A stretch of 59,770 nt of DNA from NCBI GenBank assembly GCA_041748975.1, contig JBGTCF010000146.1, positions 1-59,770 on the forward strand. Reading direction: 5' to 3'. This DNA is from Pyrinomonadaceae bacterium (GTDB lineage: Bacteria > Acidobacteriota > Blastocatellia > Pyrinomonadales > Pyrinomonadaceae). This document shows positions 49,770 through 59,013 of the stretch, piece after piece. The notes under the pieces are model-generated. The model was not told where the DNA came from, did no database searches, and worked only from the letters and a program-made list of their open reading frames with translations. Numbering within the stretch: the first letter of the stretch is position 1; the number at the start of each line of letters is the position of its first letter. The position numbers and the translations under genes are program-made.

Positions 49770-50924
49770 CTAAGTGCATTGTTTTCTGTTACTTACATTT
49801 TTTCCTTGCCCAAAATATTTCTTCATTGTCGAATAGGCAATTTCCGGAAACTCGAGCAAATGGATCGCATGGCTCATTGCAAATGCCTCGGGCTTTTCTT
49901 CGGCTGACAATCTCCGAAAATCGCTTGCTTGGCCTTCCCATGCATTGACTGCTTTATTCCAAAGGGCGGTGGGGGCAGTTATAAGGTCAGTCTCAGATCG
50001 CAACCACTGGTTTATCCGATAGTCAAAATCCTTGTCAACAAGTTCCTTGTGAGCAAATGTCCAAAGTGGCTGCCCATCTTTGTGACGCAGTCCATCCACC
50101 TTGTCGTGGAATTCCCGTTTCCGATCATCTGTCCACACAAACTTCTCAGTTGTTCGGCGGCCACCTCTTTTTATCCCGAGCCTTTCATTAGAGAAGCGTC
50201 TTCCGTGCCGGAAAAAAGTGTCCATAATCTTTCCAAAAAACTCGCGGTCCATTGTTTCACCCATGGTATCCCTTATCATCCCTTCGCTCGCCATTATTCC
50301 CTCCATCAGCATACGGCCCGTAATTTCAACAATGATACTAGGTGTCGCCCGCTCGATTTGCGACCTTACGTTGTCTTCAAAACGTTCGACCGAATCATAA
50401 AATCGCTCTCGCGTCAGGTCATTCTGAACAACCCGATCAATCTCGGCCTCAGCCGCTCGGAGACCAGCCGGCCCTAGGTCGGGTTCTTTCGCAGGAATTA
50501 TTAAGCAATCCATGACTTGATCGAGGTTATAAAGAGGCTCTTCGTCAAGGACATTCTCTATAAGGTCCACCGCGATCCGATACCGGATAGCAAGGAGGAT
50601 GCCCGAAGCCTTTATGCCGATGATAGCCAATAACCTCAGTTCGATTTGACTTGCCCAAAGTAGGATCGAGACGGCGCGGCATAGGATCATAAGTCCCCTA
50701 ATTGGCTCTTCGCGAAAGACTTCTATCCGAACTTCGGAAAAAAACTCTAAATTAGCGATAACAGAAATGAAAAGGCTGGAATCAGTTTCGGCAGCCGGTA
50801 ATGTCTCTGGATCGCATTTAAGACGTTCGGGCCAATTACTGGTTATCTGTAGTATTATGTCGACAATACGCGCCTTTAACTCCGGTTCGGAGAGACAGCT
50901 TAGATCATCGTAGATGAGGTACAT
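49770..50924 (-). CDS. Hypothetical 384-aa protein, no recognisable motif
   Basis: Long ORF co-oriented with the replication module, lying at its junction with the Type I R-M operon. Confidence 0.5.
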   Translation of the reverse strand: MYLIYDDLSCLSEPELKARIVDIILQITSNWPERLKCDPETLPAAETDSSLFISVIANLEFFSEVRIEVFREEPIRGLMILCRAVSILLWASQIELRLLAIIGIKASGILLAIRYRIAVDLIENVLDEEPLYNLDQVMDCLIIPAKEPDLGPAGLRAAEAEIDRVVQNDLTRERFYDSVERFEDNVRSQIERATPSIIVEITGRMLMEGIMASEGMIRDTMGETMDREFFGKIMDTFFRHGRRFSNERLGIKRGGRRTTEKFVWTDDRKREFHDKVDGLRHKDGQPLWTFAHKELVDKDFDYRINQWLRSETDLITAPTALWNKAVNAWEGQASDFRRLSAEEKPEAFAMSHAIHLLEFPEIAYSTMKKYFGQGKNVSNRKQCT

Positions 50925-51143
50925 AACCTTTGAAGTTCAAGACAAATAAACTACAATCAACTCAAAATATCACAGCCTTAGTCGCAATACCTGGTTTGCT
51001 GTAACCATTTTGGTTCTTTCACACATACGAGCGACACGAATGAAACTCGAGAATCTCCTACCAAATACAACCCTGCGGGGCATAGTCCCGGCCTTCGATG
51101 GGAACGGGGCTTTACAGTAAATGAACAATACCCAGCACTTAAT

Positions 51144-52616
51144 ATGATCACAGGCGAACTCAAGGCTCAGGTTGATGCTGTTTGGAATGCCTTTGCGGCC
51201 GGTGGAATATCCAATCCACTTGAAGTCATTGAGCAGGTAACTTTTCTGCTGTTTATTAAGCGGCTCGACGATCTCCATACGGCGAAGGAAAAGAAGGCGA
51301 ATTCTCTGAAGCGTGAGATCGAAAAGCCCATATTTGGGTCGGATCAACAAGATTATCGATGGTCGCGGTTTAAGAATCTTGAGGCTGGCAAGATGTTCTC
51401 GACGGTAGCTGATGGTGTGTTTCCGTTTATCAAGACCTTTTCGGGCGACGAGACGACGTATGCGGCGTTTATGAAGGAGGCGCGGTTGTCGATACCAACG
51501 GCTGGGCTGTTGACTAAGGTTGTCGATCTGATCGATCAGATCCCAATGGACGACCGCGACACCAAAGGCGATGTTTACGAGTATATGCTTGGCAAGATCG
51601 CGTCGGCGGGCCGTAACGGGCAGTTTCGCACGCCGCGGCATATCATCAAGCTGATGGTCGAGATGGTCGCTCCTAAGCCGACGGATGTTGTTTGCGATCC
51701 GGCGTGCGGTACTGGTGGCTTCCTGGTTGCGGTGAACGAATACCTCCGCGATCACCATAAGGAAATATTCCAGGACAATGCGCTGACGGAACATTTCTAT
51801 AAGCGGCTGTTCAACGGATTCGATTTTGATAATACGATGCTGCGGATCGGGAGTATGAATATGATGCTCCACGGAATCGACAACCCGAATATCCGCTACA
51901 AAGATTCTCTCGCAGAGGAACACTCGGCTGACGATTCGCGGTATTCGCTGATCCTCGCAAATCCGCCGTTCGCCGGGTCGCTCGATGCCGACATAACGGC
52001 AAAAGACCTGCAAAAGGTCGTCAAGACAAAAAAGACCGAACTGCTCTTTCTCGCGTTGTTTCTAAAGCTGCTCAAAACCGGCGGACGTGCGGCGGTCATT
52101 GTGCCGGACGGCGTTTTGTTCGGTTCGTCTAATGCTCATAAATCGCTGCGGCAAATTCTGGTCGATGAGCAAAAACTGGACGGCATTATCTCGATGCCGT
52201 CGGGTGTTTTCAAACCCTACGCCGGTGTCTCGACCGCCATTCTGCTGTTTACGAAGACTAATTCCGGCGGCACGGACAATGTCTGGTTCTACGACATGAA
52301 GGCCGACGGCCTCTCGCTCGATGACAAACGCAGCGAGCTTGATGGCTCAAAGCACGAAACCAACAATTTGCCGGACATTCTAGCTCGCTGGCACAATCGG
52401 GCTGCTGAAGTTGTACGCTCAAGGACGGATCAGTCGTTACTCGTTCCAAAATCTGAGATAGCCGCGAATGATTACGATCTGAGTATAAATCGCTATAAGG
52501 AAGTTCAATACGATGAGTTCGAACATGCTTCACCGACACAGATATTAGCGGAACTCGATCAATTGGAAAATGAGATTCAGGCGGATTTGAAAGCATTGAG
52601 GGCGATGATCGGATGA
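51144..52616 (+). CDS. hsdM: Type I R-M methyltransferase subunit HsdM
   Basis: N-terminal HsdM_N-like helix bundle, motif I DPACGTGGFL, motif IV LANPPFAGS. Confidence 0.9.
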   Translation: MITGELKAQVDAVWNAFAAGGISNPLEVIEQVTFLLFIKRLDDLHTAKEKKANSLKREIEKPIFGSDQQDYRWSRFKNLEAGKMFSTVADGVFPFIKTFSGDETTYAAFMKEARLSIPTAGLLTKVVDLIDQIPMDDRDTKGDVYEYMLGKIASAGRNGQFRTPRHIIKLMVEMVAPKPTDVVCDPACGTGGFLVAVNEYLRDHHKEIFQDNALTEHFYKRLFNGFDFDNTMLRIGSMNMMLHGIDNPNIRYKDSLAEEHSADDSRYSLILANPPFAGSLDADITAKDLQKVVKTKKTELLFLALFLKLLKTGGRAAVIVPDGVLFGSSNAHKSLRQILVDEQKLDGIISMPSGVFKPYAGVSTAILLFTKTNSGGTDNVWFYDMKADGLSLDDKRSELDGSKHETNNLPDILARWHNRAAEVVRSRTDQSLLVPKSEIAANDYDLSINRYKEVQYDEFEHASPTQILAELDQLENEIQADLKALRAMIG

Positions 52617-53887
52617 TTTCTGACTTCCCATTAGTTCGAATCGGAAATATTGTCGATGCTATTTCGACATGCAATCCGAGCACTCTAAAAACGACGTCAT
52701 CTTTTGAGTACGTGGATATAAGCTCTATCAATCGAGATAGCAAGCAAATTGAAGGAACGACAGTCATCCCCGTCAATGACGCCCCGAGCCGTGCGCGTCA
52801 AATAATTAAGTCTCATGACATATTAGTTTCTACTGTCCGACCTAATCTCAATGCTGTCGCTCAGGTGCCGCCCCGTCTTAACGATCAAATAGCTTCAACG
52901 GGATTCACCGTTCTTAGACCGCAAAAATTGCACCTTGATGACCGATACCTCTTTCATTGGGTAAAATCGCCCGCTTTCGTTTCGCATCTCTCGAAAGAAG
53001 CAACGGGTGCGAGCTATCCAGCGGTTAGCGACAAGATTGTGAAGGATACGAGCATTCCGTTGCCGCCGTTGGGCGAGCAAAAGCGGATCGCGGAGGTTTT
53101 GGATAAAGCGGACGCTCTCCGCCAAAAACGCCGCCGCGCCCTGCAAAAACTCGACACGCTTCTCCAATCCGTCTTCCTCGAAATGTTCGGCGACCCAGTT
53201 AGGAATCCGAAAGGTTGGGATACTCGCACTCTTCCCGAGCTAATTCTTCCGGGTAAGAACTCCTTAAAACGTGGACCATTTGGCGGTACATTGAAAAAAG
53301 AAATTTTTGTCGATTCGGGGTACTTGGTATACGAACAATATCACGCGCTTAATAATGATTATTCATTCGGTCGGTATTTCATCACTGAAGAGAAGTACAA
53401 GGAACTCATCGGCTTTAGCGTCAAGCCAAATGACATAATAATTAGCTGTTCTGGAGTATATCTCGGAAAACTCTCAATAGTTCCTGACGGGGCAAAACCT
53501 GGAATCATAAACCAAGCACTCCTCAAGGTTTCCCTTGATCAAGAAAAAATGAAGACAGTTGTGTTTGCATACATCTTCGGAAGTTCTCAATTCAAGAGAA
53601 AGTATTTTCCATCAAATCGTGGAGTGGCAATACCAAACCTACCACCAATGGATGTTATGAAGAAGATTGGATTCATTACGCCGCCTCTTGAGATTCAGCA
53701 AAAGTTTGCCGACAACGTTAATAGAATCTACGCGATAAAGAAACGATATGAAATCGGAACGACAAGTCTAGAGAATTTGTTTTCGTCCATTCGGAATAGA
53801 GCATTCAAAGGCGAACTATTTGAAACGAGTATGCCCTCGGTAGGATTCGAACCTGAAAACGCATGGCAACAAACTTTGCATTCCTAA
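52613..53887 (+). CDS. hsdS: Type I R-M specificity subunit HsdS
   Basis: Two TRD halves separated by conserved helices (LPPLGEQKRIAEVLDKADAL... and PPLEIQQKFADNVNRIY...). ATGA overlap with hsdM. Confidence 0.9.
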   Translation: MISDFPLVRIGNIVDAISTCNPSTLKTTSSFEYVDISSINRDSKQIEGTTVIPVNDAPSRARQIIKSHDILVSTVRPNLNAVAQVPPRLNDQIASTGFTVLRPQKLHLDDRYLFHWVKSPAFVSHLSKEATGASYPAVSDKIVKDTSIPLPPLGEQKRIAEVLDKADALRQKRRRALQKLDTLLQSVFLEMFGDPVRNPKGWDTRTLPELILPGKNSLKRGPFGGTLKKEIFVDSGYLVYEQYHALNNDYSFGRYFITEEKYKELIGFSVKPNDIIISCSGVYLGKLSIVPDGAKPGIINQALLKVSLDQEKMKTVVFAYIFGSSQFKRKYFPSNRGVAIPNLPPMDVMKKIGFITPPLEIQQKFADNVNRIYAIKKRYEIGTTSLENLFSSIRNRAFKGELFETSMPSVGFEPENAWQQTLHS

Positions 53888-53980
53888 CGAATTGTGCAAC
53901 CGAAACCTACGAAGGAGGCATCTTTTCACTTGCCTAAATTGTAGGATGTAAGCTACATTTAGTTAAAGTGATCATGATTG

Positions 53981-54301
53981 ATGAAAGTTCAGTACTACGT
54001 CACGGCAGAAGGCAAAGAGCCATTTACGAAGTGGTTAGGTCGCCTGAGAGACAAGGTTGCTCACGCTGCGATCCTTACGAGGATTGCTCGGATCAAACTT
54101 AATCTTCCTGGCGATCACAGGTCCGTCGGGGGTGGTGTGTATGAATTTCGAGTCGATGTTGGGGCCGGATATCGGGTTTACTTCGCCCAGTCCGGTAAAG
54201 AGGTTGTTTTGCTTTTGTGCGGCGGGGATAAAGATTCCCAGGACGCAGATATCGTAAAAGCCAAAGAATATTGGAAGGATTATAAGAAAGCAAACGAGTA
54301 A
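53981..54301 (+). CDS. higB: HigB/RelE-superfamily toxin (addiction-module killer type)
   Basis: ..EPFTKWL..L.D.....I..RI.R..L.. GD.RSVGGGVYEFRVDVGAGYRVYF...G..VVLLLCGGDKDSQ..DI..A. Confidence 0.75.
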   Translation: MKVQYYVTAEGKEPFTKWLGRLRDKVAHAAILTRIARIKLNLPGDHRSVGGGVYEFRVDVGAGYRVYFAQSGKEVVLLLCGGDKDSQDADIVKAKEYWKDYKKANE

Positions 54302-54310
54302 AGGAGCTAC

Positions 54311-54802
54311 GTGGCGGCAAAAAAGAAACAAGAACGAGTACGTGATTTCGACGATTATTTGGTTAAGGCTCTGAAAGATCCTGAATTGGCCAGCGAATAT
54401 TTAAATGCTGCGATGGCTGACGGGGACATCCGCGTTTTTCTGATGGCACTTGGCGATGTTGCGAAGGCGGTAGGCATGTCCAAGATTGCCGCGGCAACTG
54501 AGCTTGACCGTGCAAATATATACCGAGCGGTGTCGGATGCCGGCAATCCGTTGATAAGCACTGTCGCAGCAATACTGGACACGATCGGACTTCGATTAAC
54601 CACCGAACTTATCCATAAAGAAGTTTCAGTTATCGAACCTCCTTCAAGAGTCCTAGCTTTTGAAACGCGGGCCGGAATGCAAGCGGCTTTTCAACCGATC
54701 GGCGGTGTTTACGAGGCTCCGGGGATCGAAGTAAACGAGTATGGTCTGCAGGTTCCGTCAACGGCACCAGCCGCTAATCAAGAATTAGCTTTAGCCGCAT
54801 GA
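54311..54802 (+). CDS. higA: HigA-type antitoxin (addiction-module antidote HTH) with a C-terminal extension of about 60 aa
   Basis: ..DPELASEYLNAA..DGD...FL.ALGDVAKA.GMSKIA..T.L.R.N.YRA.S..GNP...T..A.L...GLRL; it then continues about 60 aa beyond the usual end. GTG start. Confidence 0.7.
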   Translation: MAAKKKQERVRDFDDYLVKALKDPELASEYLNAAMADGDIRVFLMALGDVAKAVGMSKIAAATELDRANIYRAVSDAGNPLISTVAAILDTIGLRLTTELIHKEVSVIEPPSRVLAFETRAGMQAAFQPIGGVYEAPGIEVNEYGLQVPSTAPAANQELALAA

Positions 54803-54819
54803 TAAACGCTTAAACGACT

Positions 54820-55329
54820 ATGGGACAAAGTCCGTTAGCAATCAAGAAATATTTCCTTCAATCTCTGAATTTTCATTTGAAAACAGGGTTTGAATTTGGG
54901 CAGGTTGCGGCCGCTCCCGAGACGGTAATGCCGAATGTCCAAGTGTCTGTTCAATACGCGCAAGATCCACAGGAACCGCTCGAATGGCGCGTGGTTCTTG
55001 ATATCAAAGGCGGAACTGATGTTGAGCCTTTTCCATATACTTTCGACGCAGCTTTCGCTGGTTTTTTTCGCGTTGCTGACAACTACCCTCTGGAGCAGCG
55101 AGTGCTTCTTGTTCAGGTAAACGCTCCGTCGATCCTTTATGCTGCAGCACGAGAGTTTCTTTCCATAGTCACGGCTCGATCGCCGTATCCGCCGATATTG
55201 CTCGGATCGGTGTCGTTTGTGCCCGATCCACCTTCGGATACAACTAAGCCGGTAGCTGCCAAAAAAGCGAAGCCGAAGATTACAAAGAAACCGGCCCTAA
55301 AGAAGCCGGTGAATAAGGCTAAGAAATAA
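54820..55329 (+). CDS. SecB-like chaperone with a Lys/Pro-rich basic tail
   Basis: VNAPSILYAAAREFLSIVTARSPYPPILLGSVSF parallels the E. coli SecB segment [32 protein letters not shown]. The tail is KPVAAKKAKPKITKKPALKKPVNKAKK. Confidence 0.7.
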   Translation: MGQSPLAIKKYFLQSLNFHLKTGFEFGQVAAAPETVMPNVQVSVQYAQDPQEPLEWRVVLDIKGGTDVEPFPYTFDAAFAGFFRVADNYPLEQRVLLVQVNAPSILYAAAREFLSIVTARSPYPPILLGSVSFVPDPPSDTTKPVAAKKAKPKITKKPALKKPVNKAKK

Positions 55330-55371
55330 TCCCGACACTGATTAGGAAAACTCGAGCACTGGCGGTTATAA

Positions 55372-58300
55372 ATGCCCACAAACTTCGCATTCTTAAAAAA
55401 TGAATGGCAGGAGATCTATTCGACTGCCATTAAAGCCGAAAGTCTGGCCAATACCGATCCGGGCACGGCCTGCTTTCACGCGCGCCGGACGCTTGAACTT
55501 GTCGTTAATTGGATCTACACGTATGACGAAGAACTGACACAGCCATACGACAATCAGCTAAGCACTAAACTTCTCGATAACGGTTTTAAGGACAACACTC
55601 CGCCGGGCGTGTTTACCAAAATGATCTTTATCAAGAATATCGGCAACAAAGCCGTTCACTCTAACAAGGTTATTTCGACCGGAGACGCCGTTCAGACCGT
55701 CCGCGAACTCTTTCACATCCTCTATTGGATGGCCCGCAGCTACACGCAGGGCGACGCTTCGCAGTTTGACGGCGTTGAGTTTGTAGAGGCAAATGTCCCG
55801 GGCAGACAGGTGTCGATCCCCGTCAATACATTCAACCAGCTCAAGGCCGTTTATGAAGACACAAAAGCAAAGGCCGCCGAGGAAGCCGAAAAGCAAAAAC
55901 AACAAGCTCTCGTCGAACCAACGATCGATGCTGAACTCGAACGTCTCCGCAAACAGGTCGCTGCCGCCAAGCGTAAAAACGAGCAGCATCCGGATACGCA
56001 CAACTACTCCGAGGCCGACACCCGCAAACACATAATCGACCTGCTGCTAACCGAAGCCGGCTGGACGATCGGCCAAAACGTAACCGTCGAACTCGAAGTC
56101 GCCGGAATGCCGAATAACGAAGGCGTCGGGTATGTCGATTACGTCCTTTTCGGCGCCGACGGCAAGCCACTGGCTGTTATCGAGGCAAAGAAGACGGCAG
56201 TTGATGCCTATGTCGGCAAACAGCAGGCAAAGCTCTACGCCGATTGCATCGAGGCAAAATATGGCCGTCGTCCGGTTATCTTCTACACGAACGGCTATGA
56301 GATCCACCTGTGGGATGACACCAACTATCCGCCGAGACTGGTCCAGGGATTTTACACCCGAGACGAACTCGACCTGATGATCCAACGCCGCGAAATGCGG
56401 CTGCCACTTCGTGATAATGACATAAATACCGACATCGTCGGACGCCATTACCAGACCCGGGCTATCACCCGAATGGCCGAGAATTTTACGGCAAATCGTC
56501 GAAAGGGTTTGCTCGTAATGGTTACCGGAGCCGGTAAGACCCGTACAGTGATTGCTCTCTGTGATCTGCTGCAGCGTGCAGGTTGGGTAAAGCGCGTTTT
56601 GTTCCTCGCCGATCGAGTGGCACTCGTGAAACAAGCATCGAATGCGTTCAAAGCGCACCTGCCAAACTCAAATCCGGTAAATCTGCTAAACGATCGCGGT
56701 GCGACCGGCAGCCGTGTCTTCCTAAGTACATATCCAACGATGATGAACCTCATCAACGAAATGGACGGCGACGAACGGCGTTTCGGAATCGGTTATTTTG
56801 ACCTTGTGGTCGTTGACGAAGCTCATCGTTCGATCTATCAGAAATATAAGGCAATATTCGAGTATTTTGATTCGTTTCTTGTTGGTCTGACAGCAACGCC
56901 CAAGGGCGAGGTCGATAAAAACACGTATCAGATGTTCGACCTCCAAACAGGCGTTCCAACCGACGCTTACGACCTGGACGAAGCGGTCGCGGATAAGTTC
57001 CTCGTGCCTTCCGTGAATATCAGCGTGCCCACTCGGTTCATCCGCGAGGGGATTAGCTACGAGAACCTATCCGAAGAAGAAAAGACCCAATGGGACGAGA
57101 TCGAGTGGAACGAAGACGGCGAAGCGCCTGATCACATTGATCCGGCCGCACTCAACAACTGGCTTTTTAACCGCGACACGGTCGACAAGGTTCTCAAATT
57201 CCTGATGGAAGCCGGCCTCAAAGTCGAAGGCGGCGACAAACTCGGCAAGACAATAATCTTTGCAAAAAACCGCCGCCATGCCGCCATGATCGTCGAGCGA
57301 TTTGACGCAAACTATCCTCATTTGAGAGGCCAGTTTGCCGCTGCGATCGACTACAAAACAACTTACGCTCAAAAGCTGTTAGACGATTTCTCGACTGAAT
57401 CGAAAAATCCTCAGATCGCGGTTTCCATCGATATGCTAGACACGGGCATTGATATTCCAGAAATCGTTAATCTCGTATTTTTCAAAGCCGTTAGGTCCAA
57501 AACAAAATTCACGCAGATGATCGGGCGAGGAACACGGTTGCGGCCAGATCTGTTCGGTCTCGGGCAAGATAAAGAGTTTTTCTACATTTTTGATTACTGT
57601 CAGAATTTCGAGTATTTCAATCAGCGTGTGACTGAGGTCGATTCGGCCTCGCAGGCTTCGCTGACGGCAAAGATCTTCGGCAAGCGGGTCGAACTAATCG
57701 ACACGATCCGGCAAATGACTGAAAGATCTGACGAACTCGCCAAAATGGATCAGACTCTGACTGAAACTCTTCAATTGACCATCGAGGCGATCAATATGGA
57801 GAACTTCGTAGTGCGTCCGCATCGCCGCGAGGTCGAGAAGTTTCGAGATCAAAAAGCCTGGGAAAAGCTCGATGCTGAAAAATATTATGAATTGACGAAG
57901 ATCGTCGCCGCTCTCCCGACCGAATTGGATTCCGAAGACGAAACGGCGAAACGGTTCGACCTGCTGATGTTCAAGTTGATGCTGACGATCCTCAGTCCGC
58001 ACCGCGATTACGACAAATTACGTGATCAAGTGATGGAGATCGCAAACCGCCTCGAAGAAAAGGACAATTTGCCGATGGTGCACGAGCAGATCGAGCTTAT
58101 TCAGGAACTTCAGCGGGACGAATATTGGCGGGATGTGTCCGTTCCGACGCTCGAACAGGTTAGGAAGAAAATTCGGCTTCTGGTCCAGTTTATCGACCCG
58201 ACACAACGGCAGATCATTTACACCGACTTCGAGGACGAACTAAGTTCTCCCGACGAGATCGTCTACGGCCCGTCTGCAACCGGTCTGACGCGGTACAAGA

Positions 58301-58755
58301 CTAAAGTCCTGCACTTCCTTAAAAATGAAGAAAACAATATCGTTCTGCAAAAGCTCAAGCGAAACAAACAGATCACGCCGAGTGACATTCGCGAATTAGA
58401 ACGAATCTTGTTCGAATCCGGCGAACTCGGAACCCGTGAAGATTTTGAACAGGCGTTCGGAAAGCAAGAAAAACTCGGCCTTTTCATCCGCAGCCTGATC
58501 GGCCTCGACCGCCACGAAGCGAAGCTCGTCTTCGCCGACTTCCTCGACGGCCAGCGATACAATTCAAATCAGATCGAATTCGTAAATCTGATAATCGACT
58601 ACGTCACAAAAAACGGTGCGATGGATCCCGCGATGCTATATGAATCTCCTTACACCGACTACAACCCAAACGGCGTAAACGGCGTATTCTCCGATGGTGA
58701 AGCTGGGAAGATCGTTGAACTACTCGATGAAATTCGCTTAAATGCGGCTGCCTGA
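55372..58755 (+). CDS. hsdR: Type I restriction enzyme HsdR with an N-terminal DUF4145-like extension
   Basis: 1127 aa. N-terminal ~130 aa are DUF4145-like (..FHARRTLELVVNW...IGNKAVHS), followed by a coiled coil. Then a PD-(D/E)xK N-domain (EADTRK...YVDYVL....AVIEAKK), helicase motifs VTGAGKTRT and VVDEAHRS, and an EcoEI_R_C-like C-terminus. Confidence 0.9.
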   Translation: MPTNFAFLKNEWQEIYSTAIKAESLANTDPGTACFHARRTLELVVNWIYTYDEELTQPYDNQLSTKLLDNGFKDNTPPGVFTKMIFIKNIGNKAVHSNKVISTGDAVQTVRELFHILYWMARSYTQGDASQFDGVEFVEANVPGRQVSIPVNTFNQLKAVYEDTKAKAAEEAEKQKQQALVEPTIDAELERLRKQVAAAKRKNEQHPDTHNYSEADTRKHIIDLLLTEAGWTIGQNVTVELEVAGMPNNEGVGYVDYVLFGADGKPLAVIEAKKTAVDAYVGKQQAKLYADCIEAKYGRRPVIFYTNGYEIHLWDDTNYPPRLVQGFYTRDELDLMIQRREMRLPLRDNDINTDIVGRHYQTRAITRMAENFTANRRKGLLVMVTGAGKTRTVIALCDLLQRAGWVKRVLFLADRVALVKQASNAFKAHLPNSNPVNLLNDRGATGSRVFLSTYPTMMNLINEMDGDERRFGIGYFDLVVVDEAHRSIYQKYKAIFEYFDSFLVGLTATPKGEVDKNTYQMFDLQTGVPTDAYDLDEAVADKFLVPSVNISVPTRFIREGISYENLSEEEKTQWDEIEWNEDGEAPDHIDPAALNNWLFNRDTVDKVLKFLMEAGLKVEGGDKLGKTIIFAKNRRHAAMIVERFDANYPHLRGQFAAAIDYKTTYAQKLLDDFSTESKNPQIAVSIDMLDTGIDIPEIVNLVFFKAVRSKTKFTQMIGRGTRLRPDLFGLGQDKEFFYIFDYCQNFEYFNQRVTEVDSASQASLTAKIFGKRVELIDTIRQMTERSDELAKMDQTLTETLQLTIEAINMENFVVRPHRREVEKFRDQKAWEKLDAEKYYELTKIVAALPTELDSEDETAKRFDLLMFKLMLTILSPHRDYDKLRDQVMEIANRLEEKDNLPMVHEQIELIQELQRDEYWRDVSVPTLEQVRKKIRLLVQFIDPTQRQIIYTDFEDELSSPDEIVYGPSATGLTRYKTKVLHFLKNEENNIVLQKLKRNKQITPSDIRELERILFESGELGTREDFEQAFGKQEKLGLFIRSLIGLDRHEAKLVFADFLDGQRYNSNQIEFVNLIIDYVTKNGAMDPAMLYESPYTDYNPNGVNGVFSDGEAGKIVELLDEIRLNAAA

Positions 58756-58827
58756 TCTTAGACAATTTCCGAACACTAAAATCACAAACCGAGGCTTTGA
58801 AACTGAATAAGAAGGGAAACTAGGTTT

Positions 58828-58857
58828 TCTAGGTACGCATAATAGCTTCTACCTGGA
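58828..58857. promoter_or_regulatory. Imperfect palindrome TCTAGGTA-N14-TACCTGGA related to 47074..47107
   Basis: Shares TTCTAGGTAC and the same 14-nt spacer length as the 47.1-kb palindrome; one arm mismatch. Confidence 0.4.
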
Positions 58858-59013
58858 TACCCAGAATTCTTTTTCAAGCCTTTTGGCAAAAATCGATTCT
58901 CATATATTCTGAAATATGAGAGGCCTAATGCTATGTAAGACTTGGTTTGACGCCAGGTATCACCGTAAGCATTGGGCCTTTTAGCGCCTATTTTAAGGAG
59001 GACTACGAATCAA

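Noticed and set aside
50970-52013. 347-aa ORF on the minus strand
   Set aside because: It lies entirely antisense to hsdM, whose motifs (DPACGTGGF, NPPF) are unambiguous. The translation is Arg/Ile-rich and low-complexity, so it is a shadow ORF.
55558-56658. 157-aa and 203-aa minus-strand ORFs
   Set aside because: Antisense to hsdR.
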